Shown piece by piece: positions 46,543 through 56,120 of a DNA stretch of 64,000 nucleotides (the stretch's first letter is position 1; each line of letters opens with the position of its first letter). Location: assembly GCF_020037015.1 (NCBI RefSeq), contig NZ_JAIQDE010000007.1, positions 51,886 through 115,885 of the forward strand, given 5' to 3'. Made by a program: the position numbers and the translations under genes. Source of the stretch: Corallococcus sp. AS-1-6. GTDB taxonomy: Bacteria > Myxococcota > Myxococcia > Myxococcales > Myxococcaceae. Below the pieces are notes generated by a model. It was not told the DNA's origin and searched no databases. It was given only the letters and a program-made list of their open reading frames with translations.

Positions 46543-46625
46543 CGTTCACCCCTCACAGAAGGTGGGGGAGTCATGGCCCTCGTGGGAGGGACGGGCCGGA
46601 AGACAGCCGCCGTGCGCCGGCCGCT

Positions 46626-46970
46626 TCAGCCGTGCACGGTGCGACTGTCGGCGGGCACGGCCGCCCGGTCCTCCAGGCCGTAATCCCTCACGACGTGCGC
46701 CACCCGCAGGCGGTAGTCGCTGAACACGCCTCCCCGGCCTTCGCGCTGGGCTTCACGGTGGGCCTCCTTGCGCCGCCACTCCGCCACCGCTGCCTCGTCG
46801 CGCCAGTAGGAAAGGGACAGCAGCTTGCCCGGTGCGCTGAGGCTCTGGAACCGCTCGATGGAGATGAAGCCGTCGATGTCCGCGAGCAGAGGCCGCAGCT
46901 CCGCCGCGAGGTCCAGGTACCGCTGCCGATGCGACTCGTGTGTCCAGACCTCGAAGATGACAGCGATCAT
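46626..46970 (-). CDS. antibiotic-biosynthesis-monooxygenase (ABM) domain protein
   Basis: 'MIAVIFEVWTHESHRQRYLDLAAELRPLLADIDGFISIERFQS...LSLSYWRDEAAVAEW' gives a ~110-aa ABM fold pattern. Start overlaps the P450 stop (ATGA). Confidence 0.6.
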   Translation of the reverse strand: MIAVIFEVWTHESHRQRYLDLAAELRPLLADIDGFISIERFQSLSAPGKLLSLSYWRDEAAVAEWRRKEAHREAQREGRGGVFSDYRLRVAHVVRDYGLEDRAAVPADSRTVHG

Positions 46971-48088
46971 TCCAGTCCTCCCAGGACGCGGGTGTTGGTC
47001 GAAGCACGCCAGGTGACGGGGCCCGCCAGGGGTGACAGGTCCAGGCCGCTCGCGAGCACGCGCTCCGCCGCCGCCGTGGTCATCGCCGTCGCGAGCAAGG
47101 CCCCGGGGCAGCCATGCGAGCCCAGGCCGAAGGTGAAGGTCTGACGCCCCTCGCGCCGTGGCAGGAAGGCATCGGGCTGGGGGTTGTCGCGCGGATCCCG
47201 GTTCGCGGCGGCGAGCACGACGACCACGGTCTCGCCGGCCTCCAGCGGCTGACCCGCGACGGTCGCCGCGGCGTGGGTGAAGCGTCGCGTGTTCTGGACC
47301 GGAGCGTCGTGGCGGGCCGCCTCCTGGACCACGTCGCCCACCGTGCACGCGCCTTGTGAAAGCGGTTCACGCAGCTCGGGCATGCGAGCGAAGGCCCGCA
47401 GCGTCGCGCTCAAAAGCCCGGCCGTCGCTTCATACGCCTGGGTGAGCAGGCCCACGGCATTGGGGATGCGCAGCTCGTCCGGGCCCTGGCCTTCCATGAG
47501 CCGGGCCGTGAACGCGGTCCTCGCGGTGGACTGGAAACAGGCCGCCACGCGTTCGTTCAGCCTGGCCACACCCTCTCTACCCACAGGGGGCCCGGCGACC
47601 GAGCGGACATAGGCATCCACGTCCCGCACGGCTGCCTCCAGCGTGTCTTCCGGGAAGCCCAGCAGCGAGCCCAGCACGAACACGGGGAACTGGAGGGCGG
47701 CGTCCGGCAGCCGTGACAGCGAGGGCGTCGCGAACAGGCGCTCCGCCCAGCGGCGGCTCTCCGCTTCGACCTCCCGCTGCGCCTCCAGCAGCGCGCGTGA
47801 GAGCGTCTGCTTCACGGCGGGGTAGGGGCCTCCGTCGTTCATCCGCACCAGCCGTCCAAAGAGCGCGCCTCCGGTGGTGCCCACCAGATGCGACGGCACC
47901 GGCTCCGACCGTGGCCGGACCCGGCAGTGCTCGCTCGTGAGCACCGCGCGGACGGTGGCCGCGTCCGCCGCGATCCATGGCCCGAAGCCGGGGACGCGGT
48001 GCAGTCCGCCCCGGGCTCGGAGCGTCGCGTAATAGGGGTACGGGTCGGGGTGGGTGACGGCCTGATAGGGGTCGGTGGGCGGTGTCAT
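46967..48088 (-). CDS. cytochrome P450
   Basis: Haem-binding 'FGLGSHGCPG' (FxxGxHxCxG) near the C-terminus. Start taken at MTPPTDPYQAV; the ORF as listed extends to 48316. Confidence 0.8.
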   Translation of the reverse strand: MTPPTDPYQAVTHPDPYPYYATLRARGGLHRVPGFGPWIAADAATVRAVLTSEHCRVRPRSEPVPSHLVGTTGGALFGRLVRMNDGGPYPAVKQTLSRALLEAQREVEAESRRWAERLFATPSLSRLPDAALQFPVFVLGSLLGFPEDTLEAAVRDVDAYVRSVAGPPVGREGVARLNERVAACFQSTARTAFTARLMEGQGPDELRIPNAVGLLTQAYEATAGLLSATLRAFARMPELREPLSQGACTVGDVVQEAARHDAPVQNTRRFTHAAATVAGQPLEAGETVVVVLAAANRDPRDNPQPDAFLPRREGRQTFTFGLGSHGCPGALLATAMTTAAAERVLASGLDLSPLAGPVTWRASTNTRVLGGLE

Positions 48089-48151
48089 CGGTCCTCGTTG
48101 CCCGGCACTCTGCTGCCATCGACGTGTCGGCGTGCTAGGAAATGGTTCGTC

Positions 48152-48835
48152 ATGGACCGAACGATGAATGCAGGACCGGACCTCACGACGCTGGCCTCGG
48201 CCGTGGGGGACGCCACGCGGATCCGGATGCTGGAGCTGCTCATGGAGGGCCGGGCGCTCGTCGCGAAGGAACTCGCGTTCGGCACGGGCGTCAGCCCCGC
48301 CACGGCGACCGCGCACCTCCAGCGGTTGGAGCAGGCCCGGCTGGTCCGCGCCACCCGGCAGGGGCGCAACAAGGTGTTCCGGATCGCCACGCCCACCGTG
48401 GCGCGGATGGTGGAAGCGCTGATGACCGTGGCGGTCCGGGGACCCCGTGCGTCAGCGACTCCGGAACCCCTGCGGGCCGCGCGCTACTGCTACGACCATC
48501 TGGCGGGCCGGCTGGGCATGGGCATCACCGATGCGCTCCTGCGGGCCGGGCACCTTGCCCTTCGCAAGCGCGCGCTCGCGCTCACGCCGAGCGGCGAGGC
48601 GTGGTTCCAGGAGTTCGGCATCGACCTGGCGCCCGTGCGCGAGCAGCGGCGCCACTTCGCCCACCGTTGCCTGGACTGGAGCGAGCGGCGCGACCACCTC
48701 GCGGGGGCGCTGGGCGCGGCGCTCGCCGCCCGGGTGTTCTCATTGGGGTGGGTGGAGCGTCAGCCCGACTCTCGCGGCCTCATCGTCACGCCGGGAGGCC
48801 AGCGCGGACTCAAGCGTCACTTCGGCGTGCTGTAG
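48152..48835 (+). CDS. ArsR/SmtB-family HTH transcriptional regulator with C-terminal extension
   Basis: 'IRMLELLMEGRALVAKELAFGTGVSPATATAHLQRLEQARLVRATRQGRNKVFRI' is a winged-HTH ArsR pattern. Divergent from the P450/ABM pair. Confidence 0.7.
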   Translation: MDRTMNAGPDLTTLASAVGDATRIRMLELLMEGRALVAKELAFGTGVSPATATAHLQRLEQARLVRATRQGRNKVFRIATPTVARMVEALMTVAVRGPRASATPEPLRAARYCYDHLAGRLGMGITDALLRAGHLALRKRALALTPSGEAWFQEFGIDLAPVREQRRHFAHRCLDWSERRDHLAGALGAALAARVFSLGWVERQPDSRGLIVTPGGQRGLKRHFGVL

Positions 48836-49668
48836 GCCGCGGCGTTCGCGTCCGCGCGCTCACGGGTGCGCTGGATGGCGACGGAGACCGCTTCACCCAC
48901 GACGCGCGGGAGGCCATGGGCGTCCATTGCGGTGAGCCCCGCCTCTGTGATGCCTCCCGGGGTCGCTATCTCCGTGATGAGCCGAGGGGTGGTGGCGCCG
49001 GGTTCGGCCAGCAGCTTCGCCGCTCCAATGAGCGTCTCCTTCGCGAGCACCGCCGCTTCCGCCGCGTCCATCCCGTGCGCCATCGCGGCCTGGGCCAGGG
49101 TCTCCACGAAGCGGAAGACATACGCGGGGCCCGTGCCGCACACGCCCGTGCAGACCGTGAGCGCTTCCTCGGTCATCCACAGCGGCCGTCCCGTCGCGGC
49201 GAAGAGGGACTCGGCGGCCTGCCTCGCGGTCTCCGTCGCCCGGGTCCCGGCCGTCAGGGGCGTCACGCCCGCTCCCACGCGCACGGGGGTATGGGGCAGG
49301 GCGCGGATGACCGAGACGCTGGAGGGCAACGCCGCTTCCAACTGAGCGATTCGCACATCCGCGGAGAGCGACACCACGGTCTGCCCCGGTTCCAGGGCCG
49401 GCGAGATGACCGCCATCAGGTCCCGCAGTTGTGCCTGCCGCACCGCCAGCAGGATCACCCCGGCGCCCCGCACCGCCCGCGCGTTGTCCAGGAGGACGTC
49501 CACGCCATGCCGGGAGCGCAGCTCCTCTCCGCGCTCGGGCCGGCGCACCGTGACGCGAAGGTCCGACGGACGCACGTGGCCAGAGCGCAGCAGTCCCAGG
49601 ATGAGGGCTTCGGCGATCTTGCCGCCTCCCAGGAGCACGACGGGGGCGGGGATGGGATGGGACGCCAT
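48817..49668 (-). CDS. proC: pyrroline-5-carboxylate reductase
   Basis: N-terminal Rossmann 'VVLLGGGKIAEALILGLL' and the P5CR C-terminal dimerisation region 'IRALPHTPVRVGAGVTPL...MDAAEAAVLAKETLIGAAKLL'. Confidence 0.85.
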   Translation of the reverse strand: MASHPIPAPVVLLGGGKIAEALILGLLRSGHVRPSDLRVTVRRPERGEELRSRHGVDVLLDNARAVRGAGVILLAVRQAQLRDLMAVISPALEPGQTVVSLSADVRIAQLEAALPSSVSVIRALPHTPVRVGAGVTPLTAGTRATETARQAAESLFAATGRPLWMTEEALTVCTGVCGTGPAYVFRFVETLAQAAMAHGMDAAEAAVLAKETLIGAAKLLAEPGATTPRLITEIATPGGITEAGLTAMDAHGLPRVVGEAVSVAIQRTRERADANAAAYSTPK

Positions 49669-49724
49669 GGCTGAAGCCTACCCTCAAGCGGGCCGCCCGG
49701 GGCCGTGCTCGCCCGCTGCGGACC

Positions 49725-50501
49725 TCAAAGCTTCACACCCACCGTGGTGCGCAGTTGCGTGTCCAGCGGCGGCACCGTCGCGGGCGGCGCGCTGTCGTAG
49801 GTGAGGTTGAAGCCGATGCCCACCGTGACGCGGGGATTGGGCGTCACCGCGAAGAGCGTCTCGTTGAGCACGCGCAGGTCGGAGGGGCGGGTGACTCGCG
49901 GCTGGAAGTAGACCGTCTCCACGAGGTGGATGTTCTCCATCAGCTTCACCCGGCCCAGCAGGTAGCTGGAGACGCGCGGGTCCGTGTAGCGGTCTCCCGC
50001 GTCCACCTCGCCGTCGTTGCGCAGCCGTTCGTACTCGAACATCAGCGCCACCCCGAAGGTGAGCCCCAGCTTGTCCTCGTTGAGCAGGAGGAAGCGTGGA
50101 CCCGCGCCCAGCAGGGCCCGGAACTGGAGCCGGCGGAACTCGTTGTATTCGTGCTGGGCGAAGACTTCTCCCGAGACCCAATCCGAGAACTGGCGCCGGT
50201 AGCGCACGTGCTCCAGCACCTGGCTGACGATGCGCTCGCCACTGGCGAAGGAATACTCACCCCGGATGACGCCCAGCCAGACGTCGCGCTCGGAGCGCAC
50301 CTGGCCCACCAGGGAGCCGCGGATGGAGAACAGCTCCGTGCTGCCCGTGCGCCAGTCGCCGCCCAGCTCGATGGCCGCGGCGGGCCCCAGCTCCGCCTTC
50401 TCGTCGAAGAGCGCCTGGACGTTGACGATCTGTGCCGCCGCGCCGCTCGCGTGGAGCAACACCCCCAGCACCACCCACCGGCCTGCCTTCAGGAGATCCA
50501 T
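49725..50501 (-). CDS. outer-membrane beta-barrel protein (DUF481/YdiY-like)
   Basis: Signal peptide MDLLKAGRWVVLGVLLHASGAAAQ. Amphipathic beta-strand pattern ending in a C-terminal aromatic/aliphatic residue (GVKL). Confidence 0.55.
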   Translation of the reverse strand: MDLLKAGRWVVLGVLLHASGAAAQIVNVQALFDEKAELGPAAAIELGGDWRTGSTELFSIRGSLVGQVRSERDVWLGVIRGEYSFASGERIVSQVLEHVRYRRQFSDWVSGEVFAQHEYNEFRRLQFRALLGAGPRFLLLNEDKLGLTFGVALMFEYERLRNDGEVDAGDRYTDPRVSSYLLGRVKLMENIHLVETVYFQPRVTRPSDLRVLNETLFAVTPNPRVTVGIGFNLTYDSAPPATVPPLDTQLRTTVGVKL

Positions 50502-50631
50502 GCCTCCTTGCTGTGCCTGCTCGGGCGCTCCCGTTCAACCCTGTTGTGGGGCCTCCGGCGCTTGACGCCAACGGGGGAGCGGAGCATGCCTGCAGGGTTT
50601 CCAGGCCCCTTGCCCTGTCCGGAGCGCGCCC

Positions 50632-51519
50632 ATGCAGGTCCACATCATCGATGCCTTCACTCGCACCGCGGGTGCGGGAAACCGCGCGGGCGTGGTGCTC
50701 GACGCCTCGGCGCTGGATGTCCCCACGATGCAGCGGACCGCCGCGGCCGTGAGCGCGTCGGAGACCGCGTTCCTCCTGTCCCGGCCCGGCGACGCCACCG
50801 TGCGCCTGCGCTACTTCACGCCCGTGGATGAGATTCCGTTCTGCGGCCACGCCACGGTGGCCACCTTCCACCTGCTCGCGGAGAAGGGGCTCCTGCGCGG
50901 CCCGGGGACGTACACGCTGGAGTGCCCCGGCGGGACGTTCGGCATCGAGCTGGAGCCTCGGGGGGCGCACGGGACGCGGGTGTGGATCACCACGCCTCCA
51001 CCGCCCATGCAGCCGAACCCCGTGGAGCTGGAGGCGCTGATGGCCACGCTGGGGGGGACGGCGGCGCAGGTGGATCCGTCGCTGCCGGTGATCCGCCAGG
51101 GCCACCGGCTGGTGGTGCCCCTCCGGCGGCTCGCGGACCTGGAGGCCCTGACGCCGCGAGGCGCGGCGATGAACGCGCTGCTGATGCCGCACGGCCTGCG
51201 CGGCGTCTACCTCTTCACCCGCGAAGCGAAGGAGGAGGGGAGCGTGGCCCAGGCGCGCTACTTCGTCCCGGGCTTCGGCATCCTGGAGGACCCCGTGACG
51301 GGCTCCGCCGCGGGACCGCTCGCGGCCTGGCTCGCCGAGCACGGGAGCCTTCGCCTCCCCGAGCACGGCGGCACGGTGTCGAGCCGCATCGAACAGGGCG
51401 ACACGCTCGGCAAGCCGGGCCGCATCGACATCCAGGTTACCGGCCGGCCAGGCCACATCGAGCGCGCCCGCGTCGGCGGCGTGGCCCTCACCGTGATGGA
51501 CGCCACGCTGCTCGCGTAG
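50632..51519 (+). CDS. PhzF-family isomerase-like protein
   Basis: 'MQVHIIDAFTRTAGAGNRAGVVLD...VRLRYFTPVDEIPFCGHATVATFHLL' matches the PhzF/DAP-epimerase-like fold signature. Confidence 0.85.
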   Translation: MQVHIIDAFTRTAGAGNRAGVVLDASALDVPTMQRTAAAVSASETAFLLSRPGDATVRLRYFTPVDEIPFCGHATVATFHLLAEKGLLRGPGTYTLECPGGTFGIELEPRGAHGTRVWITTPPPPMQPNPVELEALMATLGGTAAQVDPSLPVIRQGHRLVVPLRRLADLEALTPRGAAMNALLMPHGLRGVYLFTREAKEEGSVAQARYFVPGFGILEDPVTGSAAGPLAAWLAEHGSLRLPEHGGTVSSRIEQGDTLGKPGRIDIQVTGRPGHIERARVGGVALTVMDATLLA

Positions 51520-51682
51520 CGAGGCCGCCGCGAATGACGCCCCCGGGGCCCGGCGGCCTGGCGGCCCTTGATGGCCCCGCCGCGCGCCTCCACGTTTGGG
51601 GTTGGGATGCTTCCATCCCCGCTTGAGTGACCGGTGCGGTCCGGCGGCCGGGCGCCAGCCGGCTCCACCGGGGGAGGACGTC

Positions 51683-52348
51683 ATGGCAACGGACAACAGG
51701 AATGCAGGCGCGCAGGAGGGGTCCTCCTCGCCCGCCGTGAAGAACGCCCAGGCCGACGCGCCGAGCGCCACGTCTCAGGGACAGGCCCCCAGGACGGGCG
51801 CTGGCATCGCCCGCCGCGAGTCCCAGGCCCCCGCCATCAGCAGGGAGGCCGCACCCCTGAGCCCGTTCGGGCTGCTGCGCCGGGTGATGGAGGACATGGA
51901 CCAGCTCTTCATGGGCTTCGGAGGACGGGGCCTCGCTGCCCGGAGCGACGTGCTGGACGAGGGCCTCTGGTCACCGCAGATGGACGTGGTGGAGCGGAAC
52001 GGGAACCTCATCGTGAAGGCCGACCTGCCGGGGATGAAGCTGGAGGACATCCACGTCGAGCTGCTGAATGACCTGCTCATCATCGAAGGCGAACGCACCT
52101 TCGAGCTGGAGGAGGAAGAGGAGGCCGAAGGCGTCTGGAGCCTGGAGCGCAGCAGCGGTCTGTTCCGCCGCGCCATTCCGCTTCCGGAAGGCATCGACAC
52201 GGAGTCGGTCCATGCGAACTTCGAGAACGGCGTCCTGGAGATCTCCCTGAAGCTCCCGGTGACGGTGCCCCAGGGCAAGCGCATCGAGGTGAAGGGAGGC
52301 TCGCGCGAGCAGGCCCGCCGGCTGACGCGCGGGAAGCCCATCCACTGA
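51683..52348 (+). CDS. small heat-shock protein (Hsp20/alpha-crystallin) with disordered N-terminal region
   Basis: Alpha-crystallin domain 'WSPQMDVVERNGNLIVKADLPGMKLEDIHVELLNDLLIIEGER...GVLEISLKLP'. Confidence 0.8.
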   Translation: MATDNRNAGAQEGSSSPAVKNAQADAPSATSQGQAPRTGAGIARRESQAPAISREAAPLSPFGLLRRVMEDMDQLFMGFGGRGLAARSDVLDEGLWSPQMDVVERNGNLIVKADLPGMKLEDIHVELLNDLLIIEGERTFELEEEEEAEGVWSLERSSGLFRRAIPLPEGIDTESVHANFENGVLEISLKLPVTVPQGKRIEVKGGSREQARRLTRGKPIH

Positions 52349-52367
52349 GGGTGAGGCGCCTTCCGGG

Positions 52368-53063
52368 TCAATGCGTGTGCCGGCGGCCCTCGTCCTCCAC
52401 GACGGCCGCCGCCACCTGCTCCGCCGAACCGCGCAGCTCCTCGGTGGACGGCGAGTGCCAGGACTCGAAGGCGAACAGCTTCCGCATCAGCTTCCCGGCC
52501 TGATAGCCCGGGCGCAGCCCGATGGCGTCGAACATCCAGGCCAGCGCCTCGTCCGCGAAGGTGGACCAGGACTCCTCGCAGCCCGTGGCGTCCATGGTGA
52601 GGTTCATCGTGGTGACGATTGCATCCGCCAGGGCCAGCGTGCGGATGTCATTGTCGTCAGGGCCCGAGGGCAGGTCCCGCTTCAGCGCCTGGAAGTGGGC
52701 ATCCAGCTTGAACAGCCATTCGCGCGACCGCTCCAGCGCGTCGAGGATGAGCTGGATGTTGTATTCCACGCTCATGTTCGGGGTGGGCTTCTGTCTGAAG
52801 AAGCGGTGGCACCAGCAGTAGCCGCCGAAGCTCTCATTGCCCAGAGACAGCCCCGTCTCCGTGTACCAGGGCCCCAGGTTCTGTTGGAGCATCCGCTGGA
52901 GGTGTTTCGCCATCGTGTCGTGCTGCTCGTCCGTGAGCTTGCGCGTCCCCGGGGGCACACGCGGCGTCAGGTATTCGCGCAGCATCCGGAGGAGCTTCTC
53001 CGGCTCATACCCATCCAGGCTGTCGCGGATGCGCCGCCAGTGCCCCAGGGCCGGTCTGCTCAT
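52368..53063 (-). CDS. hypothetical protein, paralogue A of a two-member family (contains GGYCWCH motif)
   Basis: Shares 'WRRI.DSLD.Y...LGPWY.E.GL.LGNE..GGYCWCH.FF.Q.P....D.IQL.L.AL' with the upstream ORF. ATG overlaps the stop of paralogue B. Confidence 0.5.
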   Translation of the reverse strand: MSRPALGHWRRIRDSLDGYEPEKLLRMLREYLTPRVPPGTRKLTDEQHDTMAKHLQRMLQQNLGPWYTETGLSLGNESFGGYCWCHRFFRQKPTPNMSVEYNIQLILDALERSREWLFKLDAHFQALKRDLPSGPDDNDIRTLALADAIVTTMNLTMDATGCEESWSTFADEALAWMFDAIGLRPGYQAGKLMRKLFAFESWHSPSTEELRGSAEQVAAAVVEDEGRRHTH

Positions 53064-53485
53064 ACGGCCACCTCCGCCACCCGCGCCGCCGCGTCCCGGA
53101 GGGCCCTGTCGCCGGCCGCCGCGTCGAGCTGACGGCGCGAGGCCTGATACACGCCGTCCAGCGCGGCCAGCATGAGCTGGATGTCCTCATCCACATCCAT
53201 CGTCCGGTGTGGCGGGTTCTGGTTGAAGAACGAGTGACACCAGCAATAGCCCCCCAGCACTTCATTGCCCAGGGGCAGGCCGCTCTCGAGGTACCAGGGC
53301 CCCAGCTCGGCCTGGAGCAGGTCCTGCACGGCGTTCTTCGCCTGCTTGAGCCGGCTGGCGTGGATGCTTCCGGTCCGCAAGGGAGCCAGGGCCTCCCTCA
53401 GCCGGGACGCCAGCGATTGCGATGAGTAGGCATCCAGGCTGTCGTGGATGCGGCGCCACGTGAAGGCCGACGCGTTGTTGTTCAT
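53060..53485 (-). CDS. hypothetical protein, paralogue B (141 aa)
   Basis: Start at MNNNASAFTWRRIHDSLD. ATG overlaps the Fic-gene stop (ATGA). The ORF as listed extends to 53701. Confidence 0.5.
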   Translation of the reverse strand: MNNNASAFTWRRIHDSLDAYSSQSLASRLREALAPLRTGSIHASRLKQAKNAVQDLLQAELGPWYLESGLPLGNEVLGGYCWCHSFFNQNPPHRTMDVDEDIQLMLAALDGVYQASRRQLDAAAGDRALRDAAARVAEVAV

Positions 53486-54219
53486 TCGGGCACCTCGTTG
53501 CGGCACGGGGCGTCCGGCCCCGCGATGGTCCGGGCCAGCAGCCTCGCCAGCCGCGTGTAGTTCGCCGCGTCTCCCGGACGCTTGGGCCACAGCACCACGG
53601 GCGCCAGCGGCGGCGTGGGCAGCCGGCCCCGGCGCAGCATGTATTCCAGCCACAGCCGCGCCGCGCGGGCGTTGCCGTCCGGGAAGGGGTGGAAGAAACA
53701 CAGGTCCAGGTACAACCGCGTGGCATGTGCCACCGGGTGGCGCTCCTCCCGCGCGTCCGCCTCCACCTTGTCGCGGAAGGCGGCCTCCAGGCCGGGCCCG
53801 TGCGCGTAGCGGTGGGCGCCCCCTCGCGCGAAGGCGTCCCCGGTGCGGAAGCCCGTGGGTCCGCCCAGAAGCTCCGACTGAACTTCCACCATCCGGGGGA
53901 AGGTCAGCGGCTCGCCCGCGTCCGCGAGCCGCCGCACCCGGGCCAGGGCCCGCTCGAAGCGCTCCGTGCGCGCCGGCCCCTGGACTTCATGGGCCGGTGC
54001 GTCATGCCGGTGCAGGAAGTCCTCCTGGGCGCCCGTCTCCCGGAAGGGCTGCCGCGCCGCCGCCGCCAGGTCCGCCCGGAGCGCGGGCAGCGCCCAGTCC
54101 AGGGCGCGCGTGGCCTCCCGGTGGGGCGCGAGCTGCTCGGTGGCGGACGGGGCCTTCACTCGGGGTCCAGGGCAAAAGGGGGGGGCGGGGAGCCCAGCAT
54201 GGACGGGGCCGGGTGACAA
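53482..54219 (-). CDS. Fic/Doc-family (fido) domain protein
   Basis: Fic motif 'HPFPDGNARAARLWLEYML' (HxFx(D/E)GNxRxxR). N-terminal extent uncertain. Confidence 0.65.
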   Translation of the reverse strand: MSPGPVHAGLPAPPFCPGPRVKAPSATEQLAPHREATRALDWALPALRADLAAAARQPFRETGAQEDFLHRHDAPAHEVQGPARTERFERALARVRRLADAGEPLTFPRMVEVQSELLGGPTGFRTGDAFARGGAHRYAHGPGLEAAFRDKVEADAREERHPVAHATRLYLDLCFFHPFPDGNARAARLWLEYMLRRGRLPTPPLAPVVLWPKRPGDAANYTRLARLLARTIAGPDAPCRNEVPE

Positions 54220-54317
54220 ACACCCCGGGCGATGTGGCCCTCCCGTGGGTCACGGAGTGGAGCCCCGGCGCACAATTGCGTAAACAGGCCGTTCTGGCAG
54301 CAGGGAGAAGGCACTGA

Positions 54318-55238
54318 ATGAAGACGTTCCTCGTGGTCAACCCGCGCAGCGCCAACGGGCAGACGGGGAAGCGATGGGTGGAGATCTCCGCGCAGGTGGG
54401 CAAGGTGCTCGGTGACTTCGGGTACGGCTTCACCAGCGGCGGCATGGATGCGGCGCGTCTGGCGCGGCAGGCCATCGATGACGGTTATGAATGCATCGTC
54501 GCGGTGGGCGGCGACGGCACCCTCAACGAGGTCACCAACGGCTTCTTCCGCGACGGGCAGGTCATCAACCCCCGGGCCACGCTGGGGCTGTTGCCCCGAG
54601 GCACCGGCGGCGACTTCCGCCGCACCTTCGGGTGGGACCTGGAGCTGACGTCCGCGCTGGAGCGGCTGCGCACGGAGACGACGGAGCCCTTCGACGTGGG
54701 GCGGCTGGAGTTCACCGACAACGACGGCAAGCCGGCCTCGCGCTTCTTCGCCAACATCGCCTCGTTCGGCGTGAGCGCGGTGGTGGCCCGCGAGGTGAAC
54801 CAGGGCAGCAAGGCGCTGGGCGGCCACCTGAGCTTCATGTGGGGCACCGTGAAGGGGCTCCTGAAGTACCAGGAGCAGCAGGTGCGCCTCACGGTGGACG
54901 GCGGCGAGCCGGAGACGGTGAGCGTCACCGCGGTGGCCGTGGCCAACGGCCGCTACTTCGGCAGCGGCATGTTCGTGGCGCCGGAGGCGGTGACGCACGA
55001 CGGCCTCTTCGACGTCACCATCTGGTCCAACTACGGCCTGTCCGACTTCGTCCTCAAGTCCAAGGGCGTCTACAACGGCGACCACGTCACCTGGAAGGGC
55101 ACGCGGCGGCTGCGCTGCCGCACGCTCCACGCGGAGGCGCTGACGGGCGACGTGTTCCTGGACGTGGACGGCGAGACGCCGGGCCGGCTGCCCTGCACCA
55201 TGACGCTCCTGCCGGGCGCCATCCGCCTCAAGGTGTAG
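54318..55238 (+). CDS. diacylglycerol-kinase catalytic-domain lipid kinase (YegS/DgkA-like)
   Basis: 'ECIVAVGGDGTLNEVTNG' (GGDGT) with a preceding 'LVVNPRSANG' ATP-binding loop. Confidence 0.85.
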   Translation: MKTFLVVNPRSANGQTGKRWVEISAQVGKVLGDFGYGFTSGGMDAARLARQAIDDGYECIVAVGGDGTLNEVTNGFFRDGQVINPRATLGLLPRGTGGDFRRTFGWDLELTSALERLRTETTEPFDVGRLEFTDNDGKPASRFFANIASFGVSAVVAREVNQGSKALGGHLSFMWGTVKGLLKYQEQQVRLTVDGGEPETVSVTAVAVANGRYFGSGMFVAPEAVTHDGLFDVTIWSNYGLSDFVLKSKGVYNGDHVTWKGTRRLRCRTLHAEALTGDVFLDVDGETPGRLPCTMTLLPGAIRLKV

Positions 55239-56118
55239 CGCCGGAGCGGGGCGCTCGCGGCGCGTCCGCCACGGACGCGCCGGCGCCGGGCGAGGCGGGC
55301 GTGGGGCGGTACCAGCTCGTCTGGCCAATCAGGTGCCGCGTGAAGCCGTCCTCCACCAGGGGCGAGGACTCCGCGGCGCCCAGCACCAGGTAGCCGTCCG
55401 CGTGGAGCATCCGCCGCACGCGGGCGAGCACCGCGCGCCGGGTGGGCACGTCCCAGTAGATCATCACGTTGCGCAGGAACACGAGGTCCACGGGCGCCTC
55501 CAGCGGGAAGTCGTCCATCAGGTTGAGCGGCCGGAACTCCACCGGCCTGCGCACGTGCTCGTTCAGGCGCCACCCGTCGCGCTCCTGGCGGAAGTAGCGC
55601 TGGCGCAGCTCGGGCGTCAGGCCCCGGTGGATCTCCTTCGCGTCGTAGCGGGCCTCGCTGGCCCGCACGAGCGCGCGGGTGCTGAAGTCGGTGGCGAGGA
55701 TGCGCACGGTCCAGCCGGTGATGAGCAGCCCGGCCTCGGCCAGGGTCATCGCGATGCTGTAGGGCTCCTGACCGTAGGCGCACGCCGCGCACCAGACGCG
55801 CAGCGTCCGCGTGCGGACGCGCTTCGCCAGCAGGCCCGGCAGCACGGTGGCGCGCAGGGCCTCGAAGACGGGCGCGTCGCGGAAGAAGGCCGTCTCGTGG
55901 TTGGCCAGCGCCTCCGCCAGCCGCTGGTGCAACGGACTTCCCTCCGGTTGCGTGCGCAGCCGCGCGACCAGGGCGGAGAGGTCCGGCAGCCGCTCCTCGC
56001 GCATGAGGGGCGTGAGCCGCGTCTCCACCAGCGCGTACGTGTCGGGCTCCAGCACGAGCCCGGAGCGGCGCAGCACGCGCTGCCGCAGGTACGCGAAGTC
56101 GTCGGGAAGCAGGGACAT
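55228..56118 (-). CDS. cheR: chemotaxis protein methyltransferase CheR
   Basis: 'ETAFFRDAPVFEAL...RVWCAACAYGQEPYSIAMTL' (SAM-binding region) plus '...VFLRNVMIYWD'. Start at MSLLPDDFAYL. Confidence 0.9.
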   Translation of the reverse strand: MSLLPDDFAYLRQRVLRRSGLVLEPDTYALVETRLTPLMREERLPDLSALVARLRTQPEGSPLHQRLAEALANHETAFFRDAPVFEALRATVLPGLLAKRVRTRTLRVWCAACAYGQEPYSIAMTLAEAGLLITGWTVRILATDFSTRALVRASEARYDAKEIHRGLTPELRQRYFRQERDGWRLNEHVRRPVEFRPLNLMDDFPLEAPVDLVFLRNVMIYWDVPTRRAVLARVRRMLHADGYLVLGAAESSPLVEDGFTRHLIGQTSWYRPTPASPGAGASVADAPRAPRSGATP

Positions 56119-56120
56119 GC

